This document shows, piece by piece, positions 27,950-40,612 of a stretch of 64,000 bases of DNA. This DNA comes from Clostridiaceae bacterium. Its GTDB lineage: Bacteria; Bacillota; Clostridia; Christensenellales; CAG-138. Position 1 is the stretch's first letter. Each line of letters starts with the position of its first letter. The notes beneath the pieces are model-generated. The model was not told where the DNA came from, searched no databases, and saw only the letters and a list, made by a program, of their open reading frames with translations. A program made the translations under genes and the position numbers. The stretch spans positions 13,839 to 77,838 of the forward strand of contig JBDKRL010000006.1 in assembly GCA_039683415.1 (NCBI GenBank), in the 5' to 3' direction.

Positions 27950-28579
27950 TTATTGGACGGAACCCATCAGCGCAAAGAAGGATTCGGGTTTGTGCGTCAA
28001 AAAGAGATTGTACCACGCGTCCAGCGTTTCTTCGGAAAACACGCCCAAAGCCCGCAGTACCTGCACGGAGAATTCAAGCGGGGCGACGCCCGCGGCGGTG
28101 ATCAGGTTCCCGTCGGTGACGGCGGGCTCGTAGGAATAATACGCCGCGCCCGCATAGCCGGGGCAGACCATCTGGAGATACTCCAAATCGTTACTCGTAT
28201 GCCGTCTCGAATCCAGCAATCCGGCCTTGGCAAGCCCCATGGTAGCGCCGCAGATTGCCGCGACCAGTACGCCTTGTTCCAAACACCGCTCGGCGAATGC
28301 TAAGACGGGCTGGTGCATGGATTCCAGCCAGGTGTCTCCGCCGGGCAGAAGCAAGGCTGCCGCATGTTCGATGATGCATTCGTCAATCGTGGTATCCGGC
28401 AATATTTTCAAGCCGCCCATGGTTGTTACCGGCGTCTTGTTCATCCCCACGGTTACGATTTTCAGCGGGGCTAAGCCCTTTTTGAAGTACCGTCCGGCAT
28501 TCAGTTCCGCGGTCAGGTAGCCAACTTCCCAGTCCGCCATCGTATCGAACACATAAAGGTACACGACATTGTTATTCAT
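27950..28579 (-). CDS. DJ-1/PfpI family (type 1 glutamine amidotransferase-like) protein
   Basis: Trimmed to MNNNVVYLYVF (GGAGG upstream). Contains LLLPGG and the nucleophile-elbow AAICGAT. Confidence 0.75.
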   Translation of the reverse strand: MNNNVVYLYVFDTMADWEVGYLTAELNAGRYFKKGLAPLKIVTVGMNKTPVTTMGGLKILPDTTIDECIIEHAAALLLPGGDTWLESMHQPVLAFAERCLEQGVLVAAICGATMGLAKAGLLDSRRHTSNDLEYLQMVCPGYAGAAYYSYEPAVTDGNLITAAGVAPLEFSVQVLRALGVFSEETLDAWYNLFLTHKPESFFALMGSVQ

Positions 28580-28684
28580 ACAAAATCCTCCGTCCATTTA
28601 CTGTACCGGGCAAATTTCCGCCGGTACGCAAGGTGTACCCTCATCATAAAACAGATTCACTGACATATACTGTCAGTGAACCCG

Positions 28685-29647
28685 TCAGGATCGATAATAT
28701 TCCGTTAATTCCAACGCAACCGCGGCAAGGCGTTTTTTTAAACTCTGCGGTTCGACGACCTGAACCGCTGTTCCATAGGATAAGAGAAAACTGGGCACAT
28801 AGGCGTGAACCGCTTGCTCGTCCAGCAGAAAGACGGCCTGATGATCCGTTCGCTCCTTCAGATGATGACCCAGGAACCAATGCAGGCACAAATCGTCCAG
28901 CGCCTCCGTCCTGCCTTGGAGTATGACCGGTACCATTTCAGCCTTGCCGTCGGAATCGGGCAGCAGGTTCTGCAGAAAAAACTCCCGTGTGGAGAATGCT
29001 TCCGGCCGCTGAAAGGTCGTTTGGGTGGGCGTAATCCGCAAAATCCGTTCCGCGCGGAAGCTTCGGATTTCGTTTCGGGTATGGCAGAATCCAACGGTAT
29101 ACCATTTGTTGTTCCAGTACAGGATTCCGTAAGGGTCGATTCGTCTTGCCTTGGGCTGTTCTTCGCGGCCGGTTCGGTACTCGATTTCCACGGAAGTTCC
29201 GTTTGCCGCGGCCTTTTCCAGCTCTACCAGCGTTTTGCTGACAGAAGGATCGATGTCCCGGCTGATCACGTCGAAACCGGCTAAATGGCGGTTGAGGATG
29301 CCTTCCTGTTCCTGAGTGGAATACATTCGCAGTTTTTTCGTCGCGCTGTCCAGCGATTCGCTGAACGGATATCCCGCCTCTTTGGCGAAGATCGCGGCGT
29401 GCAGCAACGATTTTTGCTCTTCCAGATCAAACACCAAGGGCGCGTGAATGAAGCTGCTCATTAAGTGATACCCGCCGTTTTGCCCCGCGTCGGAAACAAT
29501 CGGCACGCCGCTGGCACAGAGGGAATCGATATAGCGGTATACGGTTCGGATGCTGATTTCCAGCTTTTCCGCAATCTGCTTTGCGGTGATCTTCGCGCCC
29601 GCATTCAGCATCCATAGAATCGCCAGCATTTGATCGTTTTTTGCCAT
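28685..29647 (-). CDS. HTH plus WYL domain transcriptional regulator (YafY-like)
   Basis: N-terminal ITAKQIAEKLEISIRTVYRYIDSL HTH. Central part contains the WYL-like signature (YWNNKWYTVGFC). Confidence 0.8.
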   Translation of the reverse strand: MAKNDQMLAILWMLNAGAKITAKQIAEKLEISIRTVYRYIDSLCASGVPIVSDAGQNGGYHLMSSFIHAPLVFDLEEQKSLLHAAIFAKEAGYPFSESLDSATKKLRMYSTQEQEGILNRHLAGFDVISRDIDPSVSKTLVELEKAAANGTSVEIEYRTGREEQPKARRIDPYGILYWNNKWYTVGFCHTRNEIRSFRAERILRITPTQTTFQRPEAFSTREFFLQNLLPDSDGKAEMVPVILQGRTEALDDLCLHWFLGHHLKERTDHQAVFLLDEQAVHAYVPSFLLSYGTAVQVVEPQSLKKRLAAVALELTEYYRS

Positions 29648-29709
29648 GGATGCCTCCGTTCAGTCGTTTTCCACAGGAATGAAATCTGAGTTCTCCGGTT
29701 TGGCCTGCG

Positions 29710-30132
29710 TCAGGACTGCGGACTTGCAATCTCAAGGGCAAAATCAACTGCGTTTTTCAAATCCTTCGCGTTGGGATGAGGCAGCGAAACAAACAGGATG
29801 GCGCCCTTGCAGACGAACTCGTCTATCACTGGAATCCCTTTTTCTTCGAGGATTTTACGCAAGGCAGCCTGCCGCTGTTTGCCCGAAGCGCAGTTTGTGA
29901 TCAGCGCAGCGCGTTTGAGCGCGGGCGCTTCCATCGCGGTTACAAACGTCAACAGCTCCGGCATGCTGACCCCGCCGTAAATACCGCCAACGATAAACAG
30001 CAGTTCGATATCCGTTAAGTTCGGGTTTTCCGTAATGTTTTGCGCTTTCACTTCTAAAGCCGAACCGACTGCTTCCGCAAGTTTCTTTGAGTGCTGTGTT
30101 TTGGTCGCATATAAAACGGCAACCTTTTCCAT
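29710..30132 (-). CDS. flavodoxin family protein
   Basis: 140 aa. Contains MEKVAVLYATKTQHSKKLAE and FIVGGIYGG. Confidence 0.7.
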   Translation of the reverse strand: MEKVAVLYATKTQHSKKLAEAVGSALEVKAQNITENPNLTDIELLFIVGGIYGGVSMPELLTFVTAMEAPALKRAALITNCASGKQRQAALRKILEEKGIPVIDEFVCKGAILFVSLPHPNAKDLKNAVDFALEIASPQS

Positions 30133-30193
30133 TTTGAATACCTCCTGTGATATTGTGTTGTTTACCTTATTAAGCGAGGCTGTTTTCGATTCT

Positions 30194-30661
30194 TTATTCG
30201 CAGATTTCCATGATGATCGGCTGCGAACTCGTCAAATTTTCATCAGGCCCAAAGCCTTCTCTGATTTTCCAGAAGCGAAGTGTAAACGATAAAGAAAAAT
30301 CAGACCCCTCCGCTAATTCGCTTCCATCGTCAAACGAAGCAAGAATGACGAATCGCTCATGGGGGTAATTCTGCTCCAACTGCGCGCGCCAGCTTTTGAT
30401 GACACCGACTGTTTTGAGATAAACCTCTACAAGATTATCCTTAAGTGGAGTATCGATCCTTATCTCGTTTCCGTCCCATTCCAGCCAGGAAAGATCAGTG
30501 CTCTCCGGGATGTGTTGATCGAGATTCCAAAAATCGGACACCCCGTAGTATGTTCTTCCAAATGCGTCCGTCTTTTGCCAGATTAAGTATTCGTCATCAA
30601 CAGGAGCATCTTCGGTCGAAATCGCCCCGAACAAAACTATCGCACGTTCGTTCAGTATCAT
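30194..30661 (-). CDS. hypothetical protein
   Basis: Track ORF trimmed to MILNERAIV (GGGGA upstream). Lies in an AT-richer region and no family was recognised. Confidence 0.5.
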   Translation of the reverse strand: MILNERAIVLFGAISTEDAPVDDEYLIWQKTDAFGRTYYGVSDFWNLDQHIPESTDLSWLEWDGNEIRIDTPLKDNLVEVYLKTVGVIKSWRAQLEQNYPHERFVILASFDDGSELAEGSDFSLSFTLRFWKIREGFGPDENLTSSQPIIMEICE

Positions 30662-30771
30662 TGAATCGTTCCCCGCATAAAAGAATTCAAATAGGCACAT
30701 ATTTATTAGAGAAATATAAAGTACGACATATGCTATATCTTGGTAGTTGCGAGAATTTGCAGAAGCAGTTA

Positions 30772-31023
30772 CTATTTTTCAAGAATTGAAGAAATTAAGT
30801 AAATAATCAGCATCAAAATAAACAAACCTACCGCCACGTAAGTTTTTTGCATATCCTGCTTCTGTTCAAGCTCTTTATTTTTTCGCTTTTCTTCTTGCTT
30901 GATTTGGTACCTTGTTTTCTTAGCAGGTTTCTTTAAGTTGTAATCTAGGCTCTTCTCTACCATGCCCTCGACATCGGTTTCGATGCTTGCCTCTTTTTTC
31001 AAAAAACTAAAGCTGAGTTTCAT
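30772..31023 (-). CDS. small tail-anchored membrane protein, hypothetical
   Basis: Trimmed to MKLSFSFLKK (GGGAGA RBS). Lys/Glu-rich region, then one C-terminal TM helix (YVAVGLFILMLIIYLISSIL). Confidence 0.45.
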   Translation of the reverse strand: MKLSFSFLKKEASIETDVEGMVEKSLDYNLKKPAKKTRYQIKQEEKRKNKELEQKQDMQKTYVAVGLFILMLIIYLISSILEK

Positions 31024-31163
31024 AATGTGTCTCCCTGCAATATTTTTTGCCCCAAAAGTCACTTAGAAAACATTAAAGGAACGCAATACATTCAAATCAA
31101 AAATGCAGACTGTTTGATTTCAGATTTTTAGGTGTCATACTCGACAAATTAAGTAATAATACT

Positions 31164-31240
31164 CTAATTACGTCGTTCCATCCTCACCACGCACTCCACA
31201 TGTCCCATCCACGCGAACCTGTCATCGCAACGTGCGGCGC
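31164..31240 (-). pseudogene. 3'-terminal relic of a RumA/RlmD-type 23S rRNA methyltransferase gene
   Basis: Minus-strand translation ...DDRFAWMGHVECVVRMERRN* parallels the C-terminus of the intact gene at 32698 (...VDMFPQTCHVECVVLMVRN*). There is no upstream body; it abuts the stop of the next gene. Confidence 0.6.
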
Positions 31241-31630
31241 TCACTTGAGCCGGATCAGCTCGCCTCGGCGCTTGACGATGTTTTTGTAATCCCACTGAAT
31301 TCGTTCCGCTTCATCGAGCCAGATGGCCAGCGAAACCGGATCGATCTCGGCAGCGTCGGTATACCGCGCTTCGGCTGCCTTGAATTTTCCAACGGGGGTC
31401 AAGCCCGCTTCGTCAAACGACTGCCCGCTCCAAAAAAGCAGCTGAACGTGCGTTTTGAGCTTGCAGTAGCCGACGATCGGGTTTCCGTCGATGAACCAGG
31501 CGGGGCTGCCGTGCCAAACTTTGCTCACGGCCTGCGGCAGGCGCTGTTCGATTGCATCCATCAATACCTGACAAATCTGCCGGTCGTGTTTAGTCAGCGA
31601 CGCGGTATAGCTTGCAATATCCGGATTCAT
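31241..31630 (-). CDS. DUF1801 (YdhG-like) domain protein
   Basis: Trimmed to MNPDIASY (AGGAGG upstream). Contains VWHGSPAWFIDGNPIVGY. Confidence 0.7.
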   Translation of the reverse strand: MNPDIASYTASLTKHDRQICQVLMDAIEQRLPQAVSKVWHGSPAWFIDGNPIVGYCKLKTHVQLLFWSGQSFDEAGLTPVGKFKAAEARYTDAAEIDPVSLAIWLDEAERIQWDYKNIVKRRGELIRLK

Positions 31631-31707
31631 GCTCAACCTCCTGTTCAACAGTTGTGGCCAAAAACCGAGGAGCTTACTTACGGAACTCGCTGTTGGGCAT
31701 TGGGTTT

Positions 31708-32145
31708 TTATTGTATTTTTTCCGCCAGAGTTTTTATACGCTCCAGAGCTTTGGGAAACCTGATTTGAAATATTTCTTCTTGTTCTTGCGGAACATCGGT
31801 TTTAACAACCAATGTAGTAACTCCATTTTTTTCGGTAAGAGAATAACTCTCCGTCCCGCCGGTCCATTCTTTTTCGCGTTCCTGCTGCCCGCTTTCTTTT
31901 GTGTCCGCACCATGCCTGAACAATACAAACGCATTCGGATTCAGCTTCTCGACCAGATCGGTCACGCCGTAACCATTTACGGATGATATGAACTGGATTT
32001 CGTTTCCTTCCTTCATAACTCCCTGCATATAGGTGCCTTCATCAAGGATACTTGCCCAGTCACGGAAGGTTATATCTTCCCAAAGAGTTGTCCAGACTCT
32101 TTCTGTTGAAGCGTTTATTTCGATTGAGAATTGCAGTTTCTTCAT
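31708..32145 (-). CDS. SRPBCC / AHSA1-like domain protein
   Basis: MKKLQFSIEINASTERVWTTLWEDITFRDW is a typical Aha1/SRPBCC N-terminus. Confidence 0.7.
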   Translation of the reverse strand: MKKLQFSIEINASTERVWTTLWEDITFRDWASILDEGTYMQGVMKEGNEIQFISSVNGYGVTDLVEKLNPNAFVLFRHGADTKESGQQEREKEWTGGTESYSLTEKNGVTTLVVKTDVPQEQEEIFQIRFPKALERIKTLAEKIQ

Positions 32146-32214
32146 ATTTTCCTCCTCAATATAAAATGTTTTACAGATTGAGAAAGGGCTTGAAAACGGA
32201 AAAAAACCGTACAG

Positions 32215-32670
32215 TTACTTGAAATAGTACATCAGATTGAGGCAGCTCGGGCAGTTGTCGTCGATATAGCCGGTGTCCTGAAATTCCGCCTTTTCATACA
32301 TCCGAAGGGCGGGGGTGTCCGACTTGTGAACGCAGACCTCGACGCAGGCATATTTCCCTTCCTGCTGCAGCATCGCCAGAATCAGCGACAGCGCTTGACA
32401 GCCGTAACCCTTATGCTGGAATTGCCGGTCAATCATGAACTGCTGCAAATCGTAGCAGGCGGGTTCTTCGTCCAAGTCTCTGACCAACGCAACGCCGATC
32501 ATCGTTTGATCGTCGGCAATGCCGATGACCCTTGCGTTGGAAGCGCGGTAAACATATCCTCTGGCGAGAATGCCGACGGAGCTGTCGAGAAAAGCCCGCT
32601 GGTTTTCCTCGACGCTGAGGCGCGCGACATCCTGCCAGTTGTCTTCGGTTATGTCGGTTAGTCGAATCAT
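32215..32670 (-). CDS. GNAT family N-acetyltransferase (diamine/spermidine acetyltransferase-like)
   Basis: Contains MIRLTDITEDNWQDVARLSV and FMIDRQFQHKGYGCQAL. Confidence 0.8.
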   Translation of the reverse strand: MIRLTDITEDNWQDVARLSVEENQRAFLDSSVGILARGYVYRASNARVIGIADDQTMIGVALVRDLDEEPACYDLQQFMIDRQFQHKGYGCQALSLILAMLQQEGKYACVEVCVHKSDTPALRMYEKAEFQDTGYIDDNCPSCLNLMYYFK

Positions 32671-32697
32671 AAAAAATCCTTTTTTAAGCTTGAGTTA

Positions 32698-34056
32698 TCA
32701 GTTTCGTACCATCAGCACCACGCACTCCACGTGGCACGTCTGCGGGAACATGTCCACCGGCTGGACGGCGGAAAGCGAAAAGCCTTTGGCGGCGAGGATT
32801 TTGCAGTCCCGCGCGAGGGTGGCGGGGTTGCAGGAAACGTAGACCACGCGGTTTGCGCCGCTATCGGCAATGGCTTCCAGCGCGGCGGGTTCGCAGCCTT
32901 TGCGCGGGGGGTCGAGCACGATGGCGTCGATCTTCGTCTGCTCACCGACGAGGCGGGGGAGGACGTCCTCCACATTGCCGCAGAGAAACGTTGCGTTGGA
33001 AATATGGTTGGCAACGGCGTTTTGCTTGGCGTCCGCAATCGCGGGTTCCACCTGCTCGATGCCGATCACCTGACGGCAGTGATCCGCCAGAAACAGCGAA
33101 ATCGTGCCGACGCCGCAGTACGCGTCCACGACCGTTTCTTCCGGCTGGGGGTCGAGGAACGCGGCTGCCGTTTCGTATAAAACGCCCGTCTGCACACGAT
33201 TGACCTGCAGAAAGCTCTGCGGGCTGACCGAAAAGCGCTTGTCCCCGATGGTTTCCGTGAGCGTCGGCCTGCCGGAAAGCAGCGTAAAGCGCTCGCCGAA
33301 CACGACGTTGGTATCCCTGGGGTTTTCGTTGTGCCAAACGCTGTCGCAGCGGTCGAGATAGGCCAGCAGTTCGTCGGTTCGCTTGAGCGCGCCGCGCGTA
33401 ACGACGACGACCATCAGTTCGCCGTCCGCCGTGGTGCGGGCAACGACATTGCGGAGCTGGCCTTTGCCGGTTTCCTCGTCATAGACCGGCACGCCGCAGT
33501 CGTTCGCCCAGGCGGCGACTTTACGCGCGGACTCCACAATCTGCTCGTCCTGAATCGGGCAGTCGGCAAACGGAATCAGCCGGTGGCTGCGCTCGGCAAA
33601 AAAGCCGAACACCACGGCGCCGCCCATCGTGCCGAACGGGAAACTCCCTTTATTGCGGTAGCGAATGGGTTCGTCCATGCCGATAATCGGGCGCATGGGC
33701 ACGGAAGCAAAGCCGCCGAGGCGGGTGAGCGCGTCGGCAACCCACTGCTGCTTTTGCGCAAGCTGCGCGGGGTACGAAAGGTGCCATAGATCGCACCCGC
33801 CGCACTGCGCGAACACGTCGCATCTGGGGGACACGCGGTCTTTGGAAGGCGTGAGGATTTCCAGCAGCTTGGCAATCGCGTAGGAAGGCGTTACTTTAAT
33901 GATGTGCGCGCGGACGGTTTCACCCGCAAGCGCGCCAAGCACGAACACGGCATATCCTTCCACGCGGGCAACGCCCTGACCTTCGTTGGAAAGCGCGGTG
34001 ATGTTCAGGGTGAGGTCGTCGTTCTTTTTAACCGGGGGACGGGGAGTTGGGGCCAT
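32698..34056 (-). CDS. rlmD: 23S rRNA (uracil-C5)-methyltransferase, RumA/RlmD family
   Basis: Trimmed to MAPTPRPPVKK. TRAM-like N-terminus, Cys cluster (C..QCGGCDLWH), SAM motif DAYCGVGT, C-terminal YVSCNPATLARD...HVECVV. Confidence 0.85.
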   Translation of the reverse strand: MAPTPRPPVKKNDDLTLNITALSNEGQGVARVEGYAVFVLGALAGETVRAHIIKVTPSYAIAKLLEILTPSKDRVSPRCDVFAQCGGCDLWHLSYPAQLAQKQQWVADALTRLGGFASVPMRPIIGMDEPIRYRNKGSFPFGTMGGAVVFGFFAERSHRLIPFADCPIQDEQIVESARKVAAWANDCGVPVYDEETGKGQLRNVVARTTADGELMVVVVTRGALKRTDELLAYLDRCDSVWHNENPRDTNVVFGERFTLLSGRPTLTETIGDKRFSVSPQSFLQVNRVQTGVLYETAAAFLDPQPEETVVDAYCGVGTISLFLADHCRQVIGIEQVEPAIADAKQNAVANHISNATFLCGNVEDVLPRLVGEQTKIDAIVLDPPRKGCEPAALEAIADSGANRVVYVSCNPATLARDCKILAAKGFSLSAVQPVDMFPQTCHVECVVLMVRN

Positions 34057-34116
34057 AATGGTTATCCTTTCCGCGCGGAACGGTTCCGGGCGAGGCAAAT
34101 TTAAGATGAGAATCAG

Positions 34117-37531
<3,415 letters not shown>

Positions 37532-37539
<8 letters not shown>

Positions 37540-38455
37540 GCTTTATCTCCCTTGCAATGCGAATCAGCCGTTCCAACCGGTGATTCATGCCGCTCTTGCC
37601 GATTTCCGCCATTTCCGCCAGCTCCTGCAGCGTCGCTTCCGGATGGTTCATCCTGAGCGTTGCCGCTTCAAACAGCGGTGCGGGCAGTCGGCTCAGCCCC
37701 ATATGCTCCTCTATGGTCTCAATGGCGCTTCTCTGGAGCGCGGAGGCGTTGACGGTTTTGCCGATGTTCGCCGTGTCGCAGTTGTTGGTGCGATTAACGT
37801 AGTTGCGAAAATCCCGCTCGGCGCGGACGTTCTCAAAGGCGAGCGCGGGGGCGTTTGCGCCGATGAGCGCCAAAAACCCGGCGACGTCCTCGCCTTTTAA
37901 ATACACGATCGTGCGGTCTTTGCGCGGCATGATCCTTGCTTCCGGCCCGCCGGCGGAGATCAGCGACGCGATTTGCCTGGCCAGTTCTTCGTTCCTTGCG
38001 ACGATTTCCAGATGGTAGCCGCGGTAGGGATTTGCGCAGGAACCGCTGCCAAGGAACGTCCCGCGCAGAAACGCGCGCCGCTGCTCCTCGCTTTCCAGAA
38101 CCGCTTGCGGTGCGGTGCTGCCCATGCGGAAGCCGTCGGCTTCGCTCACGAGCAGGCCGGTATCCAGCAGCAGGCGCTCCGCGTCCGTGCCAAGCAGCGT
38201 AACCACCGTGAGTGGCCTTCGCTGTTTGCACTCGCTGAGTTCGATGACGGATTCCAGCTCGTAAAGAGAGCTTGCCAGCGAAAGAATCTGTTTGCCGACC
38301 GCGAGCGTCTCCGACGCATAGGTTACTCCGCTGCCGCGGGCAACGTAAAGCGCGCCGCAGGTCAGCGTCAGCCCGGAGAGCTGAGAAAGGCGCGCGCCGC
38401 GTGTGCGGATGCGTATTTTGGCAAGGTCTTCCTTGGCTCGGCTGGAAAAGGACAT
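37532..38455 (-). CDS. whiA: DNA-binding protein WhiA
   Basis: MSFSSRAKEDL, LAGLIDADG-derived middle and a C-terminal HTH. Its stop overlaps the dnaE start by 8 nt. Confidence 0.9.
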
Positions 38456-38639
38456 GAAGTAAGCACTCCATTTCTCATTTAGGCTTGGCGCAGCTTAGCT
38501 TTGCCGGTAGAGAAAAAAACAAGCACTCCGTTTTGTTTTTTCCGGCAACCCATTTCTGGAAATGTTCGCCGGCGTTCAGGGCGTTTTGCAAAAGCAGTCC
38601 ATATGAATTATAACATAAAAAAAGAAAAACTCCCGATTG

Positions 38640-39527
38640 TCAGGAGTTTTCAAACCGCTCCTTGATCTCCGCCGCTTCGGAGTTGAGATCTCGGTGATAG
38701 ACCCTAACGTTCATGCCGCGCTTGGCAAAGCGCTTGGCCATCTCCTCCGCCGCGGCAACTGAGCGGTGACGCCCGCCCGTGCAGCCAAAGCAGACGCGCA
38801 GAATATGCTTATCCTGCTCGATATAGAGCGGAATCATGTCCGCGAGCATGCTCTCAACGCCGTTGAAGAACTCCGGCACGAGCTTCTGCGAAGCAACATA
38901 GTCCTGCACCGCCGTATCCATGCCGGAAAGCGAACGCAGCTCTTCGTTATAAAACGGGTTCGGCATAAAGCGCATGTCGAGCACAAAGTCCGCGTCCACC
39001 GGAACGCCGCGCTTGTAGCCGAAACTGCAGAACAGGAGCGTAAAGCTCTTGCTTTCAAATTCCGGCAGCACTTTGGAAATCAGGCAGGGAAAATCCTTTG
39101 GCTTGACGTCGCTGGTGTCGAGAATATAGTTCGCGCGGTTGCGCAGCGGCTGCAAAAACACGCGCTCGCGCTTGACGCCTGTGGTTGCGTCGCCCGATTC
39201 GCCAAGGGGATGGCGGCGGCGGACTTCGTTATACCGTTTTTTGAGCACGTCGTCCCGCGCGTCGAGAAACAGGATTTCAAACGGCGCGTCGAGGGCGTCG
39301 AACGCGTCCGTGATGGAAGAGGAACTGCGCGAGAGCAGGCTTTCGCGGCTGTCTATCGTGACGGCGGCCTTCTGGATGGGAGGATCGGCTTTTTGGCAGA
39401 GCAACACGAATTCTTTGAGCATGGAGGAAGGCAGATTGTCCACGCAAAAATACCCCTGCTCCTCCAAACAGCGGAGGGCGAGGGATTTTCCCGCGCCGGA
39501 AAGACCGGTAACGACCAATAAGTACAT
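38640..39527 (-). CDS. rapZ: RNase adapter protein RapZ (YvcJ)
   Basis: MYLLVVTGLSGAGKSLALRCLEEQGYFCVDNLP with a C-terminal CTGGRHRSV. Confidence 0.9.
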   Translation of the reverse strand: MYLLVVTGLSGAGKSLALRCLEEQGYFCVDNLPSSMLKEFVLLCQKADPPIQKAAVTIDSRESLLSRSSSSITDAFDALDAPFEILFLDARDDVLKKRYNEVRRRHPLGESGDATTGVKRERVFLQPLRNRANYILDTSDVKPKDFPCLISKVLPEFESKSFTLLFCSFGYKRGVPVDADFVLDMRFMPNPFYNEELRSLSGMDTAVQDYVASQKLVPEFFNGVESMLADMIPLYIEQDKHILRVCFGCTGGRHRSVAAAEEMAKRFAKRGMNVRVYHRDLNSEAAEIKERFENS

Positions 39528-39582
39528 GAGTAACCCTTCTATCTGTCCCGAATAGGGAGTGCGGCAATTAAATTGCGGGTTT

Positions 39583-40497
39583 TTATAATTCGGAAAGTAA
39601 CCTGAGTTCGCGCTCCAGGCGCACGCCGGAATCGTCGAATACGCGCTGCTGGATGATCGAAACCAGCTCCAGTACGTCCCGCTCGGTAGCGTTGCCGGTG
39701 TTGACGATGAAGCCCGCGTGCAGCGGACTGACTTGCGCGCCGCCGACGGAGAACCCTTTCAGCCCGCAGCTTTCGATCAGCGCCCCGGCAAACCGCCCGT
39801 TCGGGCGCTTGAATACGCTGCCTGCGCTCGGGTAATTGAGCGGCTGCTTTTCTTTGCGCTGGCGCGTGGTTTCGAGCATGCGCTTTTTTGCTTCGCCGTC
39901 GTCGCGCTCGAGCTGGAACGTTGCCGAAAGGACAATGACCCCGGGCGCTGCGAACTTGCTTTCGCGGTAGCCAAAATCGGACTTTTTTGTATCGACGTCC
40001 AGCACACGGCCGTTTTTGAGGATGCGGACGCTCTTAATCAGGTGCCTTATCTCTGCGCCGTACGCGCCCGCGTTCATCGCAACCGCGCCGCCGACCGTTC
40101 CCGGTATGCCGGAGAGGGATTCCATACCCATCAAGCCGTTGACAACCGAGTCCCGCGCCAGCACGGAAAGCGCGGTTCCCGCCGGGCTGGTCACGGTGGT
40201 ATCCACAAACAGCGGCGTCGTCATAGGCGTATCGATGCGGATGATCACACCCGGGTAGCCCGCGTCCGGCGCTAGCACGTTGGTGCCGTTGCCCAGCACG
40301 CAGTACGGGCAGCCGAACTGACTGCAGGCTTGTATGGCGCGCCGGATATCCTCCGCGCTCCGCGGGCGCAGCACCATGGCCGCGGGCCCGCCGATGCGGA
40401 AGCTCGTGAGCGTGGAAAGCGGAATATTGCATTTTACGTTCAGCCCCTTGAGCGCGGCATAAACGCGGTCGAGCATATTCTCCATATTTGCTATCAT
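39583..40497 (-). CDS. murB: UDP-N-acetylenolpyruvoylglucosamine reductase
   Basis: FRIGGPA, LGNGTNVL and GGAQVS..HAGFIVN motifs. Confidence 0.95.
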   Translation of the reverse strand: MIANMENMLDRVYAALKGLNVKCNIPLSTLTSFRIGGPAAMVLRPRSAEDIRRAIQACSQFGCPYCVLGNGTNVLAPDAGYPGVIIRIDTPMTTPLFVDTTVTSPAGTALSVLARDSVVNGLMGMESLSGIPGTVGGAVAMNAGAYGAEIRHLIKSVRILKNGRVLDVDTKKSDFGYRESKFAAPGVIVLSATFQLERDDGEAKKRMLETTRQRKEKQPLNYPSAGSVFKRPNGRFAGALIESCGLKGFSVGGAQVSPLHAGFIVNTGNATERDVLELVSIIQQRVFDDSGVRLERELRLLSEL

Positions 40498-40612
40498 AAC
40501 AAATTAGACATATTTTAACAACGTATTCAAACACAAAAATACCATGCTGACATGGATTTTATAAGTTTTTTCGTCGATTTATGCAGGCAGGGAAGTGATA
40601 AAACGGCTGTTC

